Origin: a bacterium
GTDB lineage: Bacteria > Pseudomonadota > Alphaproteobacteria > Rhodobacterales > Rhodobacteraceae
Length of the DNA stretch: 64,000 nt
Assembly (NCBI GenBank): GCA_016124195.1
Contig: WGOE01000008.1
Coordinates: 40,682-104,681, forward strand
Direction: 5' to 3'
This document shows positions 62,536-64,000 of the stretch, piece by piece (within the stretch, counting starts at the first letter, position 1; the number at the start of each line of letters is the position of its first letter). The position numbers and the translations under genes were made by a program. The notes below the pieces were generated by a model. It had not been told where the DNA came from, made no database searches, and was given only the letters and a program-made list of their open reading frames with translations.

Positions 62536-63022
62536 CGACTACGACTAGCAGAACCCCCGTCCTGCAGGTTGTAGGATAGGTGCCGGGGTGGTGGCGGACA
62601 ATCAACAACGCCTCAGAATAGGTCCGTTTCGGTCCTTTTTGAGAGGTCCGCCGGCTGGAGGACGTGAAAGTTTACTGTTTCACTTAGGAATACCCCGATT
62701 TGGCCCTACACTTCCCCCTCGCTGGTGGCACCCCCTCCCACAAGCCCAAGGGGGTTGCGGTTTCCGCGTGCATTTACAGGCGCTTACTCACCACACCTCC
62801 CTACACTCCCTTCTTTTAGTAACAGAGAAGAAGAGTAGAGGACCGACCCCTACCCCCTTGGGCCTACCTCTACTACCTCTATAGAGGAACCGCCCAGTGG
62901 CGGGGGGTTGGGGAGGTGCCGACCCGTAACCCGTTGTTCCCGCACACAAACGAGAGGCCCAAGGGGAGGTGTGCGGGGCGATGGGGTGGAAGTGGCAGGC
63001 AGGTGTTCCGCCCGAAACCGCC
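62536..63022 (-). other. repeat-rich noncoding block: candidate replication origin or structured RNA
   Basis: No ORF of 60 aa or more on the gene strand. Contains GGTCC x3, CCCTACACT x2, GCCCAAGGGG x3 (one inverted), the palindrome CCTCTATAGAGG, AT-richer patches, and two 10-11-nt long-range complementarities. Confidence 0.4.
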
Positions 63023-64000
63023 TTAAAACGGGATTTCCGCGTCCGGGATTTGTGGCTGCACGACGATCATGGTCCCGTCTTTGGTCCGCGCAATGTCAAG
63101 CTCGCACCCGCGCTGCACCTGATCGCCCCGCACATAGCACCATTGCTGCGACCCGTTGTGCCGGAGCTGTTTGCGCTCCCAGCCCAGCGCTTTCGCCGCT
63201 TGGCCGATCAGCGTCATGTGGTGCTGGGTCTTCGGCACCCCAAACAGGTCGTAGCACAGGCCGACTGGCAAGCGGCCATAGGCCGACCCCAGCTTCTGCG
63301 CAAACACCCCGTCTAGCGGGTTCTCCTCTTGGCGAGACGCCTGTTCGGTGGCTGCAGCGCCCCACAGGCTACGGTCCAGCCGGATAGCTTCCCCAGCGGC
63401 TTCTGCCACACACGCCTCGGCCCAAAACTGGTCCCGATGCTGGGCAATGCCATCAAGATTGATAACCCCGCACAGCACCGGCCAATAGCGGCGGTTGCCG
63501 GTTGGGTCTTTGAGATACTTGTCGCCATTGGTGGTTCCGACCACGACAAATTCTCGGTCTTTGTGCATTGTCATCCGGCCATATGCCATGCGGCCTTCGT
63601 CAAAGCAGCGCGACAGCATGGATTTAAGGTGCTCGGCATTCTTGTTGCTTTGGCCGACCATCTCGGCGGCTTCTACGATCCATTTGCCTGCGGTGGCCTC
63701 AATCACACGCTTGCCATCAGCGCCCAAAGGCAGGTCGTCGGAGAACCAATCGGGGTTGACCGCCAGCGTTCGCAGCAGTGTCGATTTACCCCCACCTTGC
63801 GCTCCTTCCAGCACCACCATTTCGTCAAACTTTGCGCCGGGGGTTCGGATGCGCCGAACAGCGGCGACCAACAGCAGGCGACCGACCGCGCGGGCATATG
63901 GGCTATCGGCCACCCCGCAAAAGTCGATCAGCCAGCGCCCAAGGCGAGGCACCCCGTCCCAGTGCAGGCTATCCAGATAATCAGCGACCGGGTGAAAACG
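63023..64000 (-). CDS. VapE/VirE-family primase-helicase-like protein (C-terminal part; ORF continues past the right edge)
   Basis: P-loop LEGAQGGGKST and Walker-B-like block FVVVGTTN. The frame stays open upstream of the track start (GTG 63952), reading FHPVADYLDSLHWDGVPRLGRWL up to position 64000. Confidence 0.85.
   Translation of the reverse strand, partial: RFHPVADYLDSLHWDGVPRLGRWLIDFCGVADSPYARAVGRLLLVAAVRRIRTPGAKFDEMVVLEGAQGGGKSTLLRTLAVNPDWFSDDLPLGADGKRVIEATAGKWIVEAAEMVGQSNKNAEHLKSMLSRCFDEGRMAYGRMTMHKDREFVVVGTTNGDKYLKDPTGNRRYWPVLCGVINLDGIAQHRDQFWAEACVAEAAGEAIRLDRSLWGAAATEQASRQEENPLDGVFAQKLGSAYGRLPVGLCYDLFGVPKTQHHMTLIGQAAKALGWERKQLRHNGSQQWCYVRGDQVQRGCELDIARTKDGTMIVVQPQIPDAEIPF

Larger units (their letters stand above)
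58090..64000 (-). mobile_element. phage-satellite-like or prophage-remnant element integrated 3' of tRNA-Thr (right end outside the window)
   Basis: Starts at the tRNA 3' end. GC visibly drops over 58.1-60.2 kb. All genes are on the minus strand with stop/start overlaps. Contains VapE-like primase-helicase, TerS-like and TerL genes plus orphan genes. Confidence 0.6.

Noticed and set aside
62581-62990. A possible CRISPR array or other regular repeat array in the noncoding block.
   Set aside because: The repeats are only 5-12 nt, of several different kinds, irregularly spaced and in both orientations. This does not fit 28-37-nt repeats with uniform spacers.
62588-63387. Plus-strand ORFs 62588-62884 (98 aa), 62908-63387 (159 aa) and 62969-63316 (115 aa).
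   Set aside because: They are Pro/Arg/Gly-rich with odd composition, lie opposite to every other gene of the element, and two of them overlap the vapE coding region.

Overview
High-GC (roughly 65% by eye) chromosomal DNA, probably from an alphaproteobacterium of the Rhodobacterales type, judged from gene content such as murA followed by a DUF2948-like gene. All calls come from hand reading of the sequence and motif recognition in the supplied ORF track; no database or HMM search was run, so product names are family-level guesses.

I support about 58 protein-coding genes, one tRNA, one tRNA fragment and one pseudogene fragment. Most long ORFs in the track are antisense shadow ORFs typical of high-GC DNA and were discarded.

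Layout:
- 1-1.8 kb: truncated secreted protein, a decayed gene-poor stretch with an alpha/beta-hydrolase fragment, and a 4-OT family tautomerase.
- 2.2-4 kb: divergent SDR and LysR genes.
- 4.3-8.6 kb: MacAB-like ABC ATPase, double-FtsX permease and HlyD adaptor operon.
- 9.2-13.3 kb: PAS histidine kinase flanked by two paralogous REC proteins with a degenerate GGDEF domain; at least one is membrane-anchored.
- 13.5-15.1 kb: ECF sigma, anti-sigma and secreted COG4315-like protein.
- 15.5-19.6 kb: sulfotransferase, ThuA, Gfo/Idh/MocA oxidoreductase and ROK regulator.
- 19.9-21.8 kb: MmyB-like regulator and NAD-dependent SDR.
- 22-25.2 kb: 909-aa ABC-exporter-like protein with a dead, internally triplicated NBD, plus a stand-alone cNMP-binding protein.
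- 25.2-28.7 kb: ECF41-like sigma, ABM protein, TauE, M20 deacylase.
- 28.9-37.3 kb: hybrid HK, REC, hybrid HK and a large MscS-family channel.
- 37.3-44.7 kb: seven-gene translationally coupled glycosylation operon with no exporter.
- 44.9-50.8 kb: peptide-type ABC importer.
- 51.3-57.7 kb: MFS, ABC1 kinase, FAH, SDR, DUF2948, murA.

The most interesting part is the right end. tRNA-Thr(GGU) at 58015-58089 is preceded by a duplicated 5' tRNA half. It is followed by a lower-GC, phage-satellite-like element running to the window edge. That element carries a VapE primase-helicase, a 0.5-kb repeat-rich noncoding block (candidate ori or structured RNA), TerS, TerL and a block of orphan cargo genes, but no virion structural genes before the tRNA boundary.
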